This document shows, in pieces, positions 59,462 to 64,000 of a stretch of 64,000 nt of DNA. How positions within the stretch are numbered: the first letter of the stretch is position 1; the number at the start of each line of letters is the position of its first letter. The position numbers were made by a program, and so were the translations under genes. The notes beneath the pieces are model-generated. The model was not told where the DNA came from, ran no database searches, and worked only from the letters and a program-made list of their open reading frames with translations. The stretch spans positions 3,224,001-3,288,000 of the forward strand of contig NW_027361759.1 in assembly GCF_039654945.1 (NCBI RefSeq), written 5' to 3'. This DNA is from Dendrobates tinctorius (Eukaryota).

Positions 59462-60890
59462 GTAGTGAATCTTTATACACGTATTCCTCAAAAAAATGCT
59501 ATTGAGGCAATCCATAAAATTTTGATGAATTCTGATAAGAGTCTTGATTGGATTGCTTTCATTTTGGACGGATTGGATTTTGTACTATCTCACAACGCGT
59601 TTAAATTTTTGAACCAATGGTATCTTCAGAAAATTGGTACTGCTATGGGGACGCCCGTAGCATGTGTTTTTGCTAATTTGTTTCTAGCAGCGTTTGAAGA
59701 AAAATATATTACAAATATATCCAATCCCTTCTTAAAGCACATCCGCATCTTTCTGAGATTCGTGGATGATATTTTCATCATATGGGACGGTTCTCAGAAT
59801 GATTGTAACAACTTTGTTCAATATCTAAACGAAATGAATGTGGAAAATATGTGATTTACTTCTTGCTTTGGGCAGAAAAACATAGAATTTTTGGATGTAA
59901 AAATCGATATTGTAGATGGTAATATGATCATCAGGGTACATAGAAAACCAACCGCGACTAATTCACTCCTACATTTTTACAGTGCACACCCCATGCACAA
60001 CTAAAAAAGGGCTTCCCTTTAGCCAGATGGTTAGATTAAGGAAACTGAACAATAACGATGACATATGTAATAAACAAATTGAGGAATTAAAAATACGTTT
60101 GTTGAGGAGAGGTTATCCTATTGGTGTTTTAAATGAAGCTCACGAACGGGTCAAAACCATTTCACAAAGTGATTTATTAAAAAGGGTCACCAAACGCCAT
60201 AAAAAACAAATGAATAATTAAATAAATTCACAAGAGATTTTTCTTTAGCTTCAAACATAGTTCCATCGGTAGGATTAAACACACAGCCATCAGAAAAAAT
60301 TGGCATGTTTTGCGCTCCGATAAAGATTTGCAGGAAATTAGTGCTATGGCTCCGCAATTTGCATATAAATGCACTCATAACATAGCTGAGCTTTTAGTAC
60401 ACAGTCGTTTGCTCCCTCTTGACAAAAATTGGTTACGAAAAAATTCACCAAAAGGGAATTTTAAATGCGGTAATTGTAATTACTGTCATTTACATATGAC
60501 TTCCAATCCTCTAAAAATCGGACCCGTTCAGCATTGGGTAAAAGATTTTATTTCTTGTAAAAGTAAATTTGTGGTATATATTTTGTTTTGTCCTTGTTTA
60601 TTTTTTACATAGGAAAAACTATTAGACCACTTGCAACACGATTTCGCGAACACTATCATTCCATTAGCACAGGAAAAGGGTCTTTGCGCTTGATAAAACA
60701 TATGCCAGAAAAACACAACTCCAACCCTGAATTATTACGCTTTGCTGGTTTAGAAATTGTAAAATTTCCACCACAAGGTGGTAATCATCATAAACTCTTG
60801 ATGAGACACGAAGCCAGATGGATAATTAACTCAAAAGCGCAGGGTCCAATAGGACTGAATGATAGGTTGGATTTGTCTATCTTTTTGTAA
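59462..60890 (+). pseudogene. PLE RT and GIY-YIG endonuclease, right arm, disrupted
   Basis: ORF fragments 59465-59854, 59982-60221, 60310-60612 and 60588-60890. Confidence 0.9.
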
Positions 60891-61098
60891 GGAATTTCTT
60901 ATATTTTTACTTTATTGTAAAAAGATTTTTTTGAAAAGATAAAAAGAAAATAACTCGTTGTGATCTGTTTCTCAGTCAGCTTGAAGATGTAATTATGTTA
61001 CTTGTTTTTAATTCAAAATGTTTTTTCATGATTTTAAATGTTCACTTGTTGTTAGTCATAGACCTATTTAAGGAAATGACATCATGTAATTACACACC

Positions 61099-61142
61099 CG
61101 GACCTGTTGAAGCGTCTGTGTACGCAAAACGGCTGTCGTCCG
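61099..61142 (+). ncRNA. Minimal variant hammerhead in the PLE pseudo-LTR, GAAA mutated to AAAA
   Basis: Same motif as 57631-57674 but with G12 lost. Confidence 0.5.
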
Positions 61143-62185
61143 TTTATTCTCCCCGCATGCCTCATGTTATCTGCTCGTCCTTTATTGTGTGACCTTTAAT
61201 GGTTGAATAAAGAAAGACTGCACTGCAAATTGGGTGAGTGCCGCATCTCCTTTCCTCTGTCCATATATCTTACATGTTTTTTCTGATGCAGAGCGCCGTT
61301 ATCCCTAGCAGCGTGCTGCATACTGTGTGCCCTTGATTGATCCTGGACTAGTTGCTGGTGGATTGATGCCTTGGTGCCGTTCACCTGTGTTTTTTCTGAA
61401 TTGAATAAGTATCACTCAATCTAATCTCCAACTGATGTAACCAGGAAGTGCTCCCCTTTTTATATTCTCCTTCCCCCTCTCATGCTGGGCTGATCCCAAA
61501 CATATTAACTGTATCTCTTCCTGCAGTCTGTTGCTGGGACAATCTAACCTTTCACCTACATTCCGGCACCCAGCTTGCATTACTTTTCTACATTAACACT
61601 ATACTAACAATACTTATACCATACCTATCACTTATACACCAATAGGCGCCCAATGCCTATCTGCCTTAATGTTCCAACTCCTGAGCTGAGTGTACCAGGT
61701 TCCCTTAATCATTACCAATACAGTACCACATAGCAGCATCAGTACTTAAAACACTCTCTACTTTTTTCATTATACCATCAAAGCACAATACAATCGCATG
61801 TTAATATTCACACTACAATTGTTGTCTAAAGGGGACGGTTTATGACTGTCCCTGTTACACCCTTACTTTTATCATACTCAAAAGATGCAAAAAATAACAT
61901 ACTGGCATCATATAATCCTAACATATTATATGAAGGGGATTTAACACAAGATCCAAATGTATGTCAGATAGTCTGTAATAAGGAAAACGAGCACCTTAGA
62001 ATAATACTGAATAAGACTGAGAGTGTGGTTGTTGAGAATGACAGAGTGGCAGAAAAAAACCTAAGAGGCTGCACAAAAGAGACATACCAGATTGCAAGTT
62101 TCTTTAAGAGACAGAAATTTGCAGTGAGAAAGCGCTGAACATGACTTCCATTGCTTGTTCCAGGCAAGAGCAGAGACGGGTAGGG

Positions 62186-62416
62186 TAGCATGGTGACTAA
62201 GTGGTTAGTCCTGGGTTCAAATCCCACCAAGAACAAGTTTGTATGTTCTCCCCGTATTTGTGTAGGTTTCACCAAGGTACTTCGGTGTCCTCCCACATTC
62301 CAAAGACATACTGATAGGGAATTTAGATTGTGAACCCCCTCATGGACAGTGCCGACAATGTACAGACAAAGCGCTGTGGAATTAATGGCGCTATATAAAT
62401 GAGTAAAATAAATAAA
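62186..62416 (+). mobile_element. tRNA-derived SINE (V-SINE-like)
   Basis: A-box-like TGACTAAGTGG, B-box GGTTCAAATCC, central GTTTGTATGTTCTCCCCGT..CTCCCACA.TCCAAAGACAT and an L2-like tail with (AAAT)n. Confidence 0.75.
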
Positions 62417-62829
62417 GTGAAGAGGTGGGGACAAAAGCGCCACTCCCAACAATCAAATTGCAAGCTGTGGTTGTGTGTCCTATGATAGACAGAAAGGGAC
62501 CAGTAAGCCCACACACTATACTCCTCTTCTGCTAAAGCTAGCGATTTGATTGTTGGGGGTGACGCTTTTGACCCCACCTCTTCCCTTTATCGCCCGTCTC
62601 TCTGCGCTTTCCTGTAACAAGTGGTGGACGTTCAGCATTTTCTCACTGCAAATCGCCTGTCTCTTAAAGGAATCTATCACCTATTTTTTTGCATATAAGC
62701 TGCGGCCACCGTCATCAGGGGCTTATCTACAGCATTCTGTAATGCTGTAGATAAGCCCCCGATGTAACCTGAAAGATAAGAAAAACAAGTTATATTATAC
62801 TCACCCAGGGGCGGTTCAGGTCCAAGGAC

Positions 62830-63030
62830 AACCAAGGACAACATCTGCAAGCAGTCTGTATAGGTTCTCATGTTTGCATGGGTTTCATCTCTGTACTTCA
62901 ATTTCTTCCTACACTCCAAAAACTTACTGATAGGGAATGTAGATTGTGAGCCCCAATGGGGACAGTGATGATAATGTCTGTAAAATGCTGTGCAATTAAT
63001 GGTGCTAAATAAGTGAGGAAAATAAATAAA
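62830..63030 (+). mobile_element. Second diverged copy of the same SINE
   Basis: TACTGATAGGGAAT.TAGATTGTGA.CCCC..GGACAGTG and the tail are shared with 62186-62416. Confidence 0.7.
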
Positions 63031-63119
63031 GATGCATATTCATTTTCCATATCTAATGCAATTCTGTGGGGAAAATCTGCAAATAAAACTCAGCTTAACC
63101 ACAAGCGAAACTGACACGC

Positions 63120-64000
63120 CAGTAGCGTAGCTACCGGGGGGTGGGGCAGAGGAGGCAGTGGGCCCGGGCCCCGCGCTCTGAGGGGGCCCACCCGGAGCTA
63201 CGCTACTGTAACTATCGGCGTGCGCAGTGCGCCGATACAGTTACATTATGCGACAGAGCAGGGAGAATCAATCTCCCTGCTCTGCCGCCCGGCCGCTATG
63301 GACCCCTGAGCAGGCGGTGGGGGGCCCTGTGCCAGCAGTGGGCCCCCCTCCCGTCATTGCAGGGTCAGCTGTATCGGCATCTAGCCAATACAGCTGACTG
63401 CAACGATGAGAGGAGTGAGAGTTCCTCCCATCATCCCCCTCTCAGCATCTGACGGGGGCACGCTGACGTCACTGCCCGGCGCCCGCTGTCAGGAGATGAG
63501 CGGGAGCAGTGAGCAGCGCAGGAGCCGGGAGGAAGAGAGGTGAGTACTGGATTTATTATTTTTGTAATGGGGGTGCATTATAATACAAAGGTTGACTATG
63601 GGGGGTGCATTATAATATAGAGACTGCCTATGGGGGTGCATTATAATATAAAAGCTGCCTATGGGAGTGCATTATAATACAGAGGCTGCCTATGGGGGGT
63701 GCATTATAATATAGAGGCTGCTTATGGGGGATACATTATAATATAGAGGCTGCCTATGGGGGTGCATTATAACACAGAGGCTGCCTATGGGGGGTGCATT
63801 ATAATATAGAGGCTGCCTATGGGGGTGCATTATAATACCGAGGCTGCCTATGGGGGTGCATTATAATACAGAGGCTGCCTATGAAGGTGCAGTATAATAT
63901 AGAGGCTGCTTATGGGGGATGCATTATAATATAGAGGCTGCCTATGGGGGTGCATTATAATACAGAGGCTGCCTATGGGGGTGCATTATAATATAGAGGC
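63120..64000. mobile_element. Left part of a non-autonomous hAT-like element with a 30-31 bp minisatellite (from ~63565)
   Basis: Starts CAGTAGCGTAGCT with GC-rich GGGCCC subterminal motifs; unit GGGGTGCATTATAATATAGAGGCTGCCTAT repeats to the window edge. The hAT class is inferred from the terminus only. Confidence 0.6.

Larger units (their letters stand above)
57544..61404. mobile_element. Penelope-like element as a head-to-head inverted pair of 5'-truncated copies
   Basis: Left arm on minus, right arm on plus; RT motifs (DVVNLYTRI, GTAMG, RFVDD) and GIY-YIG (VVYILFCPC..YIGKT); 14-bp TSD ATAAGTATCACTCA (57530-43, 61405-18). Confidence 0.93.

Noticed and set aside
61842-62138. 98-aa ORF in unique-looking sequence
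   Set aside because: No recognisable domain or splice context; does not resemble RAB9A, the neighbour of TCEANC in mammals.
62186-62230. tRNA gene
   Set aside because: A and B boxes are present but there is no cloverleaf; it continues into a SINE body.

Overview
Repeat-dense vertebrate genomic DNA, most likely an anuran (frog), inferred from the repeat families and not from a database search. One host protein-coding exon is recognisable: the single coding exon of TCEANC (38387-39406, +), with a candidate non-coding first exon/promoter near 16.3-16.6 kb. Most of the rest is nested mobile DNA: three Tf1/sushi-type Gypsy LTR elements, two solo LTRs, a full-length LINE-1 inserted inside a Gypsy RT, two near-identical intact DD34E Tc1 elements, an intact DD36E (Incomer-type) element, Helitron ends, many Harbinger- and Kolobok/T2-type MITEs, SINE and L2 remnants, several minisatellites, and a 3.9-kb head-to-head inverted Penelope-like element (PLE). 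The most notable signal is invisible in the ORF track: a ~317-bp non-coding tandem unit carrying a type I hammerhead ribozyme and an octamer motif (34820-35650 and 56497-56907). It looks like a frog counterpart of newt satellite 2 / non-LTR retrozymes. One copy shows the same inverted, TSD-flanked architecture as the neighbouring PLE, suggesting mobilisation by PLE machinery.
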